NCBI GenBank assembly: GCA_951406725.2
Contig: OX597822.1
Span: 32,488,001-32,552,000 of the forward strand
DNA length: 64,000 nt
Direction of reading: 5' to 3'
Origin: Octopus vulgaris
Lineage: Eukaryota
The translations under genes were made by a program, and so were the position numbers. The notes beneath the pieces were generated by a model. That model searched no databases and was not told the DNA's origin. It was given only the letters and a program-made list of their open reading frames with translations. Below are positions 30,107 through 44,189 of the stretch, piece after piece. How positions within the stretch are numbered: position 1 is the first letter of the stretch; the number at the start of each line of letters is the position of its first letter.

Positions 30107-31210
30107 ATGTATGTATGTATGGCGTAGGTTTCAGTTTAACATTATCAAGGCACTCTTTTATTTGGTAATCAGTTACGAGCAAGATTTTCACAGTTTTTAC
30201 ATAGTTCTGTGCCAGTTGAAAGCATAAAAATATAAAAATGCAAGATTATAACACAGAAGATATTAGAAAGAAAACGAAAGATGTAACTTTTTTGTATGTA
30301 TGAAATGTAATACAATTTGAAAAGAACTTAAAATAATTTGAAATTATATACATCAATAATATACAAAATATACATTAATATATATAAATATTGCATATGC
30401 AAATAAGAATTTTTGACGCAAAAGTTTTTGTATTTGTATTGTTTGTATCTAATATTTATTTTATAAAGGATATAACTGTGATGATGATCATGGTAATCTC
30501 CATCATCATCATGATCATCATAAATTTCATTATAATTTTTGTTCATTATTATTATTATTATTATTATACATGATTTCTTATTATCATCATCAATATCTTA
30601 ACCTTCATCAGCACCATCGTAATTCATATTGTTGTTTTTATTACCATCATCATTATCGGCGTCGTATTTCCATTTTGAAGCATATGGATATCCTTTGAAA
30701 TAGCTCATCAATAGAAAAAAACTGGATTATCACGTTGTTTTTCTTGGATGAGAATCTTTGTTTTCTGAATTATTTTGCGAACAGGCGACTTGAAAACAAA
30801 GGATCTGTCTTTCAGAGATTAATTTCATATTTCCCAGAAAAATAATCTTTCAGTTTATTCAGTATGATATCTTCTACTTCAGGGTTAGTAAGAAAGTATA
30901 AGACTTCTCAAAAATAAGAAGCTAATTTTTTTTTAAATCAAGGAAAGAAAAAACAAGTAACCACATTACAAAATCTAAAATAGAATTTGGAAACACTTTG
31001 AATATACTAAACCAAACAAAGACAGTGGTATCTGCAGTCACAGTTTGAAAATGGAGGACACGAAACATCTTTTCAGAAAAATTAAGAATGCGTATTCGGG
31101 TAAGAAAAGTACTTACAAATCCTTTTTAAAATATTGATTGCCATTCTCTGTCTCTGTCTCTCTCTCTCTCTGTCTGTCTCTCTCTTTCTCTCTTTCTGTC
31201 TGTCTGTCTC

Positions 31211-31256
<46 letters not shown>

Positions 31257-31784
31257 CCTCCTATTACCCTTATGATGACAAGAGTGAGAAGTAAGCATTT
31301 GTAAGTATTTAAAACAAATTACCTCGACGACAACCGATCTTATTTTCTCTCACATATGTGGATATCAGTCTCTCATGTGCATTGCTGAAAGGTATATACA
31401 TATTTACATATACAGAGTGGACAAAAAGTAGGTTAACAGTTATTCAACTATATCTTTCGCATTCAAATATTAACATTTTAGATCTTAATTATAAAAAAAA
31501 AATGAAACTATTATTCTATACTTATTTAGTTAATTTTGTTAATCTTCCTTTTCAGTTTGTACGATAGAAATTTAAATGTAATAAAATGTCTTAAAATAGC
31601 TTTGGTTATGTGACCTATTGCAAACAGCAGTAAAACAGTAACCAAAAGTATTCATTACGCACCTCCTTAATGCACCTTGGCATTGGAACCTCGAAGTGGA
31701 GTGCGAAATTAGCAAAAGGAAATACATACTACAGACTGGTCTATATAGGCCAAAACATTAACCTATCCTTTTACAACATCCATG

Positions 31785-32222
31785 TCTGGTGGATTCTTCC
31801 TTTTCGCTTTCGACCCAGTGCGTCCATGCTGCCAACAAAGCACGCGGAGTTCTGTTTTTGAATTGGACGGTCATTCAGAATGCTCACAGCAGCCATATTC
31901 CTATCGCTCGATATCACGCTGGTGAGACCCATATTGGAGTACGAGATTCAAGCCTCTTCTCCTTATCTCCTCAAAGACATACATCATCTCGAAAGAGTCC
32001 AGAAGCTGCTACCCGCATGGTTCTTGGTCTGAAGCATTTGTCTTATGAGGAAAGGCTGAAGACACTCGACCTTTATTCTCTAGAAAAACTACGACGCCGT
32101 GGTGATCTTATTCTCACTCACAACATCATAAGCGGAAAGTGTACCCTCTCGAAAGAGCTGTTCTTCACTCTTGTTCCAGAGCGTCGGCTGCGGGGCCACT
32201 CCGAAAACTCTACCTACCACCA
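31785..32222 (+). mobile_element. CR1-group LINE RT C-terminal fragment
   Basis: AANKARGVL, LVRPILEY, ATRMVLGLKHLSYEERLKTLDLYSLEKLRRRGDLI, RLRGH. Confidence 0.88.
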
Positions 32223-33589
32223 CGACATTGACCTTTCCTTCCTATGCTGGCTTATCGCCTGAAATCTCAACTCCCTGTCCATAAGCCTACCTTACTCTGT
32301 ACAGGATTCGCCCCAGACAATAAACTACTTTACTTAGGGAGGTAGATTTTAAGAATCCCACTCTGTATATTCTACTTGGAGTCACTAAGAGTAACGCACT
32401 GCATATCGGCCTCAACTTCTTTAGTGAAAATGAGAAGTCTATTGCACATGGCTTATCTCCAAACACTTTCTTTAAAGTAATGTGAAAATTTCTTTTGTAA
32501 CGATGAGCAAATACCGACCGTTTTTCGCACATCCAGCAAAAAAAAAATAATCAATGAAATTGCCGTAAAATTACACCATGCACATCTAAGAAGCTATGTC
32601 TGACTGAAATTTCATTGATAAAACTTGATTTTACAAACGGATACGATAAAACTGGCCACAGCGACTCACCTAAGAAATTACTTTCGCGACGACGGGCGTC
32701 ACCACTCACGGCTGCCAACAACTTAAGACAAAATAACAACAACAGTAACAAAAACAGTAAACAAAATTGATGTATTCGCTCTATATTTACACCTGTTAGT
32801 TAAAAGAAACTGTATGCAATACAATTTGTATTAAATATCCATTTGTTTTTAAAGTGTATCAATTCAACCTGGATCATAGTTAGTGGAATCATAACTTACC
32901 TTTTTCACAGATATTTAAGTTACATTCTGACAAAATAGAAAACATATCTTCTACGACATGATTTACTAAGTCTAGTATTAATATGAAGATCATGTATCGC
33001 AAAAGCATGAATTCTGCTCTTTGTTTTTATCCACTTCCTTAAGATAATCCGAACTGATAATTTCATGTCGGTGGGAAGTGTGAATCATACGAAAGATTAA
33101 TGTAACATTTAGAAAAGGGCTAATATATGAATGATACTGATTGCTTATAGATCATAGCCTGTAACTATTCACTTACGCATAAACACATTGGACTCCATAA
33201 ATATATAACTACATCACATCTTCCAAATTGTGATTAAATAATATCATGAGAAGAATGCATGTATGCTGTGCCCGCAAGAAATATTAAAATTCCTTTGATC
33301 TGCAGTATGAGGAGAGAAACAAATTTTACAGAAATCATGAACTATTTTCCTTGTATGTGTAGGAGAGATAGATAGATAGAGAGTGTGTTGTGTGTGAGTA
33401 TGTGTATATGCGTAAGTGTCAGAGTGAAAGACTGTGCGTGTGTGTATGTGAGTGTGTCCCCGTTGTGTGAAGTATTACATTAAAATATTCATGTACCACT
33501 GCGTGGAAGCTTTGGCAAGTGTCTTCTACTATATCCTTGGGCCAACCAAAGACTTGTCAGTGCATTTGAAAGAAGCTACGTTGAAGTTC

Positions 33590-33633
<44 letters not shown>

Positions 33634-33640
<7 letters not shown>

Positions 33641-34416
33641 ATATTTCGGAATGGTCATATTGCCAGTTTAATAATAAATAATAAATAATAATAATAATAA
33701 ATAATAAATACACAGATAATTAAAGAAATAGGAATGAATAACTATATATATGTATATGTGTATGTATATGTGTATATGTGTGTGTATATATATGTATATA
33801 TATTATGTATATATATATATATCTATATGTATATATATATATATAGTGTGTGTGTGAGGGGGATGCCTTTTTTTTTTCTTTTTCAATTAGATTTATTATT
33901 ATTATTACTGTTATTGTTGCTTTTGTACATACAAGCATATGTAATGATAATAATGGGTGGATGTAAACACATGAACAAAATTAGAACAAAAGCAACAACA
34001 ACAAAAATAAAATAATAATTACAAGAATGTATATAACCAGAAGATACAAATATTACAGGCATCCCCCTCACACACACACTAAATAAACATAGACGCACAT
34101 AGAGATATAAGCATGCGCAAATGAAGACATACAATAGAAATACAAAATGGCTGACGGTTAGTAAGGAGAGACACAAGTAAGTGAGAAGAAAACAAAGGAC
34201 CACTGATGCGGTCACAGGAGTGTGACGAAAGAACTTTGGCCGAAATAAGATTAAGATTAATGTAAAAAATAAATATCACTGAAGCAAAATAACACCAAAT
34301 ATATAGTGCGTGTGTTTTTATTGGCTAAACTGGCAATATGACCATTCCGAAATATAACAATATCTGTTTCAACACACGACTTCACATAAAAAATCTTGCA
34401 CAACAAATATTTAAAC

Positions 34417-34417
<1 letters not shown>
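33634..34417. mobile_element. Inverted-repeat element with one-sided tail and decayed hammerhead-like motif
   Basis: Arms 33634-33670 / 34326-34362 (ATTGTTATATTTCGGAATGGTCATATTGCCAGTTTA); inner IR 33845-33867 / 34058-34081; CCA-CUGAUGC-G-GUCAC(AGGAGU)GUGAC-GAAA..UGG at 34200-34239. Confidence 0.62.
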
Positions 34418-34467
<50 letters not shown>

Positions 34468-35542
34468 CACAGAAGGAGATATAATTAAGAATTTACGAAA
34501 TATTGGAGAGGAACTGACCTGTCTTTCTGACATTGTCAAAACGATAGGTGTTATGTATATATATATTTATATATACACACACATTTTGATACCGTTATTA
34601 TTTATTCCTGACTCGAAACACCATTTGTTTTAATGCTTTGTAAATCGTGAAATAAATAAAATAGTTTTAACGGTAATTTGAAACACGGTCTGCCATTCTG
34701 CAAAACACAAAACGTTCATCTCCTTTACCTAAGTCAGCATTTATAGCATTTAAAAATTGCTGATTTGTATAATCGTGCAAGCTATTTATTTCTTCTCTCC
34801 TAAATCATAAACAGAAAATACATATATACACAATTATTATTGTTAATCAATCCACCACGCATTTTTCTTGTTCTTTTTCTTTTCCAAATTGGATTATAAA
34901 TTCTAGCACGTTAGATAATCGTTAATAGAATAAAAAGGCGTCATCGCCAAATATTACTGAACAAATAATTGCTAAAAACACAATTACAAGAAAGTTAATA
35001 TCTAATATATTTTTTGTTAAATATTCTTTTAAAATATGTTTCTGTTAATTGCAAGAAAGTTTTGAATTATAGAAGTCCAATATAAATGATCATGTTGTTT
35101 AGAAAACAAATATCTGGCCGAATAATATTTCAAATATTGAAAATTGCGTACGAGAACATCTTAATTAATTTCTAAATCATTTCCTAAAAACCGAGTTAAT
35201 TTTTCTGCTGCCGTCAAATGAGTCTGTGTAGGAAATTGGTAAATGGCCAATCCCATTAAACATTCAGGATATTGCAGATAGCTTTTTCAATATCCTAACA
35301 CCTACACACAGTCACTGTTTCAATAGAATTGGGTTACTAAAGAAGTATTTAAGTATATATGCATTATTCTGGGTGTGTTATTGAAGAGTCAATTTCGTTA
35401 AATAAAGTGTCATATTGAACTTCTGAAGAATTCGAAAAATATACAAAAATTCTGAGATTGACTATTAACAGAAAACAGGAAACTGCTTAAAAGAAAATTA
35501 TATGAAAATAATTTAAATGAAACTATTCAAAACACAAGCATA

Positions 35543-35922
35543 TACTCGTTTACTTTTTTACTTGTTTCAGTCATTTGACTGCGGCCATGCTGGAGCACCG
35601 CGTTTAATCGAACAACTCGACCCCGGGACTTATTCTTTTGTAAGCCCAGTACTTGTTCTATCGGTCTCTTTTGCCGAACCGATAAGTAACGCAGACATAA
35701 ACACACCAGCATCGGTTGTCAAGCAATGCTAGGGGGACAAACACAGATACACAAACACACACACGCATATATATACGACAGGCTTCTTTCAGTTTCCGGC
35801 TACCAAGTCCACTCACAAGGCTTTGATCGGCCCGAGGCTATAGTAGAAGACACTTGCCCAAGGTGCCACGCAGTAGGACTGAACCCGGAACCATGTGATT
35901 GGTAAACAAGCTACTTACCACA
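35543..35922 (-). mobile_element. SINE family A (head slightly truncated)
   Basis: Similar to 1148-1554. Confidence 0.88.
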
Positions 35923-36106
35923 CTGAATAAGGTGATATGCAATTGGAGCAGATTCTTCCGAAGAAGAAATTTACAGTCATGATGATTGAGATGATCGCAC
36001 AGATAATACAATAAACTTACCATCTGTTGTTGTAGGTCGGGATGTAATCGTATCTCGTTAGATTTTCCATGTTGTTGTCTGACGTATTACCATATGAGCT
36101 TCCTTC

Positions 36107-36214
36107 GTGAAATGAAGTGTTTTGCTCAAGAAAATGTCGCCCGGTTCAGGAATCCAAACCACAATCTTACGATCATGGTGCTGACACCCTAACCACTAAG
36201 CCACGCGCCTCCAC
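36107..36214 (-). mobile_element. SINE family B head fragment
   Basis: Reverse complement begins GTGGAGGCGCGTGGCTTAGTGGTTAGG. Confidence 0.78.
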
Positions 36215-38129
36215 TACAAAAATACATAGCAGTATGAAAATGATATAAACTTTTCAAATTCTGGCAGACGGTCCACAATTTTAGGAGGATTTGTCGATTG
36301 CTTTGATGCAAGCAATGGACTGGTACTTAATTTTATCGACCGTGAAAGGATGAAAATGGCACTTTACTTTTTATTTCTATCTTATTAAACTAAGCAAGTA
36401 CTATTTTCCGGAAATTTAATTGCTATTTCTCGTAGGTTTGTCTCCCACATTTGAAACTCGTTTGTTTATACCGAATATATAAGTGGCATAAATAAATGTG
36501 CAATATATTGCAATAATACTGGTATATTCATTGCTAGAATACGAGATTTAAGTGTATCTGATTACATACTCCAAGTTGTTTAACCCCAGACCTATGTCCA
36601 AATGAACTTCACCCGCAACCATTCCTTTCTTATTTCAGGAAGTAGGATTATATCGTCTTATTATATCTAGTAAATAGAATTTATTTTTATTTGGTTGATA
36701 TTTCTAGTAGGTCTAACAACCACAAGCTCATGTGTTCATACAAAATGGGTGACTCAAGTAAATATATTTGTGAAATATGATTGCTTTTGCCTTTCATTAT
36801 TCTTAGTTACATGGAAATTGAGAAATATTGAATATGGAAACTGTTATTCCGATATCCAAGAATAGCAAGCTGAAAATATCTTTAGTAGCGACATTTATAT
36901 ACTCTGTTTATGGGTACATCGATAACATTCGAACCATGACCTCTCCACATACTTTGAATTATGCAGATATGTTGATGGACCTAAGAGTAACCGTTAGTAA
37001 AATAATCATTTCTTCTGCCTGTCTGTATCTGTTATTTTTTAGTATTTTTATGTAATGGAAGGCAGCGAGCTGACAAAATCGTTAGCACGCCGTACAGAAT
37101 TCTTAACGGCATCTCGCCTGTCTTAAAGATCATTTGAAATCCGTTGAGTTTGACTTTACTATTCATCCATTCGAGAGCGATGAAATGATTACCGGTTGAA
37201 CCTTGGGGTATATGAAATCGACTTTACTACCTCCACCCCGAAATTGTTGGCCTTGTACTATTTGAAACAATTATGTTTATGTAATGGTATGAGATGTATT
37301 CATTTTAAACTGAGTGTAAAGTCTATGGATAAGTATATATGGTAGAAATGTATTTAGTCATTTTAGTGGGATCGGGAGAAAATATAGCTGAATTTCATCA
37401 TCATTGAAAATATACCAGATAGGTACTGCAATAATTCTATTCTGCATAGCCGAAATTGATGTCTCAAATTCAGAGAATTTCAAACAAACCTGTAATGTAC
37501 ATTATATTATACAGTTAGGCGGCGAGCTTGCAGAAACTTTAGCACGCCGTGTGAAATGCCTTGCGGTATTTGGTCTGCCGTTACGTTCTGAGTTCAAATT
37601 CCGCCGAGGTCGACTTTGCCTTTCATCCTTTCGGGGTCGATTAAATAAATGCCAGTTACGCACTGGGGTCGATATATTCGACTTAATCCGTTTGTGTGTC
37701 CTTGTTTGTCCTCTCTGTGTGTAGCCCCTTGTGGATAGTTAAGAAATTGGTATTTCGCCTGTCTTTACGTTCTGAGTTCAAATTCTGCCGAGGTTGGCTT
37801 TGCCTTTCATCCTTTTGCGGTCGATTAATTAAGTACAAGTTGCGTATTGGAGTCTATCTAATCGACTGGCTCCCTCCCGCCAAAATTTCGGGCTTTGTGC
37901 TAAGAATAGAAAAGATTATATTATGCTATACGGTAAGGCGATGAGAAGGCAAAACCGTTAGCACGCCGGGTAAAGTGTTTAGTAGTATTTAAACTGTTTT
38001 TATAAATTTTGCATAGATAAAATGCGTCCAATCTGGAGTCAATGACTCGACTACGCCATCCCCCAGCATTCCAAGCCTCGGCCATAGTAAAGAAGAATAT
38101 TATATAATAAATTAATGCGTTCTTTTAAA

Positions 38130-38362
38130 GTCTAGCCAGGCTCATGAGCCCGGTTTTCCGGTTTCTATGGGGTAGGTGTTCCAAAGCTGGACAGGACGCC
38201 AGTCCATCGCAGCGTTACTCTTTTTTGCCATCTGAGTGGACTGGTGCAACGTGAAATGAAGTGTTTTCCTCAAGAACACAACGCGTCGCCCGGTTCAGGA
38301 ATCGAAACCACAATCTTACGATCATGAAACTGACATCCTAACCACTAAGCCACGCGCATCCG
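38130..38362 (-). mobile_element. SINE family B nested in the family C array
   Basis: Reverse complement of the 38645 copy. Confidence 0.8.
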
Positions 38363-38644
38363 CAAAGAAGAATATTATATTATATTATATTGTAAGTTAG
38401 TGAACTGGTAGAATTGTTATGGCATTAGACACAACGTAAAGTGGCATTTATTCTGCCACGTTACTTTCTCCCTTCAATTTCGCCGACGTAAAGTACCATT
38501 TTCATCCTTTCGCGGTCGATAAAATATAGTATCAGTCCAGTGCTTGCATCAAAGGAATCGACGAAACCTCCACCCCTAAAATTGTGAACCGTTTGCCAAA
38601 ATTTGAACAGGTTATATTATTTTCATACTGCTAATTATTTTTGT

Positions 38645-38890
38645 GTGGAGGCGCGTGGCTTAATGGTTAGAGTGTTGAGCTCCTGATCGTAAGGTTGTGG
38701 TTTCGAATCCTGGACCTGGCGATGCGTTGTCTTCTTGAGCAAAACACTTCATTTCACGTTGTTCCAGTCCATTCAGCTTGCAAAAATGAGTAATCCTGCG
38801 ACGGACCGGAGTCCCGTCCAGGTGGGGAATTTCTACACAACTGAAACCGAGAAACCGGCCTTTATGAGCCTGGCATGGCTCAAGAAGGAT
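38645..38890 (+). mobile_element. SINE family B
   Basis: GTGGAGGCGCGTGGCTTAATGG A-box, GTTTCGAATCC B-box, TTGAGCAAAACACTTCATTTCAC CORE-like segment. Confidence 0.82.
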
Positions 38891-40552
38891 CACTTTATGT
38901 ATTTTTGTAATGCACAAAGAGAAATTTGCTGGATTGGTTCGGCAAAGAATTAGAAATCGTTACAAGGGCAACGGATCGACAGATTCGTTAGAAAGTGGGT
39001 AAAAGATGGTTTTCTCTTCTTTTTTTTTTTACGATGCTTTACATATGTTCTGAATTCAAATCCAACGGAGGTCAACCATACCTTTCGTCTCCTCAGGTTC
39101 GATAAAATTAAGTGCCAGTCAAGTACCGATCAGTTGCGTCGACCACTTCAGACTAAATTAGAAGCCATTATTGCACTAAAAGAATAAATTGTCGGAATAC
39201 TCAGTGCTTCGACCACATATTTTGCGGTATTTACTCTGCATTATACGGATTGAGTTCGACTGAAACCAATACACATTTCCTTCTCTGGAAATCAATAATA
39301 TATAATATCAATGTAGTACATGGTTCAATTCGATCAACGAACTCTCGTCCCACGAAACGCCAGCACTTGCTGGACATTTGTTCCGCTTTTTTGTTTAGAG
39401 TTCAAATTCCGACAACGTCAATATTACCATTTCCAAGGTCGATAAAATAAAACAGCACGAGACAAATATTTTAATTAGTACTCTTTGTTCCTAAACTAGA
39501 AACAATTCACACATTGCAATTATATTCAGAAAATGATTCTGCAATCTAACTACCTGGATATGTGTAACTATTCTTTCATTCTTAATGAAATATTCTGCCT
39601 AAAGCATTAGAATATTTCCCTACTCGCAATTTATCAACTTACGTTAGTATTTGCTGGTCGATAAATTACCTCTCTATAATTTATATTACAACCTGCACTT
39701 CAGTGTGACCAGATGGGATATATTTTTTGTTCATACGTACGACATTGCTGAATGTTCAGCAGAGAGTTAACTAGCCAATAATTCTCCCAAACTTACATAT
39801 TTCATCTCAATCACTTTCACACAAATGGCAAAAATTCTTTATATATATTGCTTTGTGTGGTGATAATTGTCACATATCTGCGTATTATATTATCTAGATG
39901 TTAAATTGCTGAATATAGTTTCAACGAAAATGGATTATTTTATTATAAAGAGTAATAATTTTTTTCAGTTTTAAACTTTTTAAGCTATGGTACACTAAAA
40001 ATTAGATGTTAGATAATATGCTCCGAAAGATATATTGTTTAGATAATAGAGAAAAAAACTCAATAAAATTGATCAGGAAGGATACAGTTGCGTCATTGCA
40101 CCACTAGAATTGATTTTAAATGAATTAAATAAAGTAAACTGTTAGATATTTCACTTGTTTCATCCCAGACATTGCTGTGGTTATTACTAATAACCCGTAT
40201 TTTTGGATATGTAATTTGAGTATACGACCTACTGCACATATAAAAATACTTGTAGGCAATATGTTTTTTACCAGCCGTATATTACAGTGAATGTTCAGAA
40301 AATATAAACCGAGGTAAAACAAGAATATTCCCTGCTATGTATTACACACCATTCAAATACATATGAAACTTTCTTCGTATATTGATATTTTGTTTTAATT
40401 TACACTGATTTAATTTCCTGGAGATCGTTCATAAATGTATTAGAAAACAATATATTTTGAATAGAAAAATACCCACAACTGGCCGTGTGTTACGACGGTG
40501 TCCCTACTGCTTTTAATGGTGCAAAACAATTCAAGTGTATAAAAATGATGAA

Positions 40553-40717
40553 GGCGCAGGAGTGGCTGTGTGGTAAGTAGCTTGTTTACCAACTACATGG
40601 TTCCGGGTTCAGTCCCACTGCGTGGCACCTTGGGCAAGTGTCTTCTACTATAGCCTCGGGCCGACCAAAGCCTTGTGAGTGGATTTGGTAGACGGAAACT
40701 GAAAGAAGCCCGTCGTA

Positions 40718-40763
<46 letters not shown>

Positions 40764-40983
40764 TGTGTGTTTGTGTGTCTGGGTTTGTCCCACTAGCACT
40801 GCTTGACAACCGATGCTGGTTTGTTTATGTCCCCCTTACTTAGCGGTTCGGTAAAAGAGACTGATAGAATAAGTAATGGGCTTACAAAAGAATAAGTCCC
40901 GGGTTCGAGTTGCTCGATTAAAGGCGGTGCTCCAGCATGACCCCAGTCAAGTGACTGAAACAAGTAAAAGAGTAAAGAGTAAA
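40553..40983 (+). mobile_element. SINE family A, full length
   Basis: Complete head and GTAAAAGAGTAAAGAGTAAA tail. Confidence 0.92.
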
Positions 40984-41074
40984 CTAGTCACGATTTCAAA
41001 TGCTTCAGCCAATATAACATAATTTGTGACAAAATACAATAGCATAAAAATTATATCTTCTTAAAATTCATATT

Positions 41075-41270
41075 AGAGCTGTCAGAACTGTTAGCACGGC
41101 AAAATGCTGTTGAGCATTTTACCCGTATTCGCGTTCTTAGATCAAATTCCGCCGAGGTTTTGTTTATCTTTCATCCTTTATGAATCGATAAAATAAATAC
41201 CAGTTAAACATGTGGGTCGGTGTAATCCTTCCTTGAAACTGCAACTTTTGTGCCAAAATTTGAAACCAAT
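41075..41270 (+). mobile_element. SINE family C, degenerate
   Basis: GTTAGCACGG..CAAATTCCGCCGAGG..CTTTCATCCTTT..TCGATAAAATAAATACCAG. Confidence 0.65.
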
Positions 41271-42776
41271 AGAAGAGGTTATTTTTCATTAATTTTTCAA
41301 ACAAAATTGTCTGAGACGAGATTTTATCATCTCTGGGATATTTATGATTCCAGAATCATTTCTCATTTTAATTTGAATCGAATTGACGTAAACAAGCGAA
41401 AAGAAAGTGCGGTCAAAATACTAATTTTAAAAGAAGTCACTATATATTAGCCATCTTTGTACATTCTGGACGAACAGTTAAAGTTTACTACATTCTCGCG
41501 ACACTCAGGGTTCTATCATCCTATGAACTAGCATTTTATGTTCGTATCATTTTCTGTTGTTTCTGATCAAGCGATACCATGTTAATGGAACTGGGTTAGT
41601 GAAACACTCGTTTTATACACATCAAGTAAATTTTCTGAAATTCCAAGATCCTATTTGCCATATTATGCCACACCGATTCTAAGTGAGATATATGTGAAGA
41701 ATATAAGCTTTGGAGGAATTCCCAGTTTCTTTCACGGTAGTTCAGTAAATCGAAAATATTAGTTGGCAAGAATAACACGTGGCTGGAATTTATGACGTGG
41801 TTTCCTGCGATCACATAACTCTTGGTAGAGTAGCCCATACAAAATAATTATTTAGGAGTTATTTATTCTTATCAGTACTTCAATTCACATGTAGTTTGTG
41901 AACTTTGTTAATGTTTTTCAAGGAAAATTCACACACCTTAGTAATGAAATGTTAGGAATACTAATTCTTGGTTGTCTATCAAATATTTATGTAACTATCA
42001 GGAAAATTTAGACAAAATACGAACAAATACTTATAGAAAAGGATATTTTGTAATGTACCTGTTTATGGGGTTCATATTCGGTAATATTATTAATAAAAGG
42101 CAAGAAAATACAAACTAAGGGAAGGTATTTGATGCCAGTTTTATAGTTCCATCATAAATTAAATTTGTTACGGGTTCCGCTCTTCGTCGCAGATTTCAAA
42201 TTGGTATCATGTAAATTAAAATTGGTATCATGTTTGTTGGTGAATAGTAATATAAGTAACGTTTCTGAATGTCCTTGATTAGAGACTTAGCATTCTTGCA
42301 TGCATTTTCATTATTCTATTTAAGCATTTTGGCACTGGAATTTGAACAATTTCTCCAAGCTGAGGGTGAAAATGCAAGTTGAGTCTTGACCTATCAAATA
42401 TTCAGCTATGATAGAACACTTGACAAAAATTCCAGCTGTGGCCATTGTTTTTCTCTCCATTGTTCAACCTTATTAGGATTACACTTGAGAGCTTTATTGG
42501 AATTACGCTACTTTTTACACCCTAGCAGGACATTTTATGTGTGTAGAAGTAATCAATCCCAATAACACATACATTAAAAAAGAGTGCCTGCAGTTTACTA
42601 TTTGTTCGTGTACGGGACGATTTGTTTGGTGGAGTTCGGTAATAGTAGTTGTGTTTGAAATCGTTAACTACATTAATGATGCCTCTTTCAAAATATACAT
42701 ACAAACACACGACACACGTATAAGTACAAGTATGTACGTGTATAGGAGCACACTGGTATATACATGTGCGCGTGTA

Positions 42777-42810
<34 letters not shown>

Positions 42811-42959
42811 TCTGATTTTATGCGAAAGAAAAATATTCCTAATCCATAGGGTAATGTATATATATTTGTCAGTAATCTTTTTTTGCTTCGTTGATCCAAA
42901 TCATAACACGAAGAAGTATGTGTGTGTTCGTATATATATATATATATATATATATATAA

Positions 42960-43295
42960 GAGGTAATGGTTTCATTGAGACCCACAAGTGTAAGGTAATG
43001 CTGAATGAGTGATATCGACAGACCGTAGTTAAGTTCCAGGCTCGGTAATTTTGCGAATAAGGGGTTCAACTTTGGTACTATGTCAGCGTATGTATATACA
43101 CATTTTTTGCGTAATGAGATAAAAGACCAAGGCTGTATAGATGCTAGAACTTAACCATGCTCTCACACCGTCTCCGATGAAGGGATACAATTAATAAATA
43201 TCCTGGAAACAGCTGTAAAACTTTCTGTCTATAAATGTTCTAATACCTACACAACCTTGGTTTTTATCTCATTACGCAAAAAATTCTTATAAATA
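42960..43295. mobile_element. Foldback with hammerhead-like motif in the loop
   Basis: Arms ~43090-43152 / 43232-43290; GUCU-CCGAUGA-AGGGAUA...UAUCCUG-GAAA-CAGCUG-UA-AAAC at 43170-43221 (U4-to-C change). Confidence 0.68.
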
Positions 43296-43559
43296 TATAT
43301 ATATATGCGTGTTTTCTTTTGTTATTTTTGTCTATTTAATTGTATGCGCTTGTTACAGTGCTGTATGTGAGTGTATGCGCATGTTACAGATAATTTTATA
43401 TGAAACATATTCGAGATATATTTAGGAGTTGGCATCGCTACACAAACATCTGACGACGGTATTGACTGCGGAAAATTAGAAGACACACTCAATAAAGCCA
43501 TTACAAACCTATTATTGTTTATTTGTTGCTAATCCTTTCTTCAAAAAATATTCCGCAAA

Positions 43560-44140
43560 TCAACCGCATAGTCGTGATCGACTTTGCCTTTCATCCTTTG
43601 GAGACGATAAAACATGTAACAGTTGGGAAGTTATGTTGATATAATAGATTCGCGTCCGCCTCCAAAATTTCAAGCCTTGATCCTATAGTAAAAAGGAACA
43701 TTTTCATCAGTAGTAAGTCGATCAGTTGGCAGGTGCTTATCACGCCACCAAAAATGCTTAGCGGCATTTCTCCTGGCTTTATGTTCGGAGTTCAAACGTC
43801 ACCGAAGTTTCCTTTGTCATACATCATTTCAGGTTCGATAAAATTACCAGTTGAGCACTAGAGGTCGATATAACCGACTTTCACGTCCATTTAAAGTCGC
43901 CGGCCTACGTCACATTTAGAAATAATGCTTTTTGTTAAAGGCACATGGCTTGAAATTGGGGTGAGCAGAAGGCTGGCCGATTACATCATCTCTAGCATTA
44001 AACTGGTACATATTTCATCAACCCCGAAAGGAAGAAAGGCAAACTGAACCTCGTCGGGATTTGAACTCAGAACGTACATACGGACAAAATGCCGCTAAGC
44101 ATTTTTCCAACGTGTTAAGGATTCTGTCAGCTCCCTAACT
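43560..44140. mobile_element. Three SINE family C copies (43560-43700 +, 43715-43925 +, 43940-44140 -)
   Basis: GACTTTGCCTTTCATCC core and AAATGCTTAGCGGCATT segments. Confidence 0.68.
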
Positions 44141-44189
44141 TGCCAAATTTAGAAATATTATTATTATTATTATCATTATTATTATTATT

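Larger units (their letters stand above)
37061..39505 (+). mobile_element. Head-to-tail array of ~8 SINE family C copies (Nin/Deu-like domain)
   Basis: Recurring GGCGGCGAGCT.GCAGAA..TTAGCACGCC head and CTTTGCCTTTCATCCTTTCGGGGTCGATAAA..AGTACC core at ~37061, 37518, 37746, 37936, 38395, 38966, 39190 and 39360. Confidence 0.75.

Noticed and set aside
31051-31105. ATG...GGTAAGA possible first exon (MEDTKHLFRKIKNAYS)
   Set aside because: Too short to support without transcript data.
31411-31445. TACAGAGTGGACAAAAAGTAGGTTAACAGTT, Tc1/mariner-like end
   Set aside because: No matching second TIR found.
37061-39505. Repeat-spacer periodicity resembling CRISPR
   Set aside because: Units are ~200-bp diverged SINEs in a eukaryotic context, with no cas genes.
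40553-40630. tRNA-like sequences at SINE heads
   Set aside because: They continue into SINE bodies; no complete cloverleaf.
43445-43485. CTGACGA-CGGT(ATTG)ACTG-CG-GAAA
   Set aside because: No stem I, stem III or NUH site.
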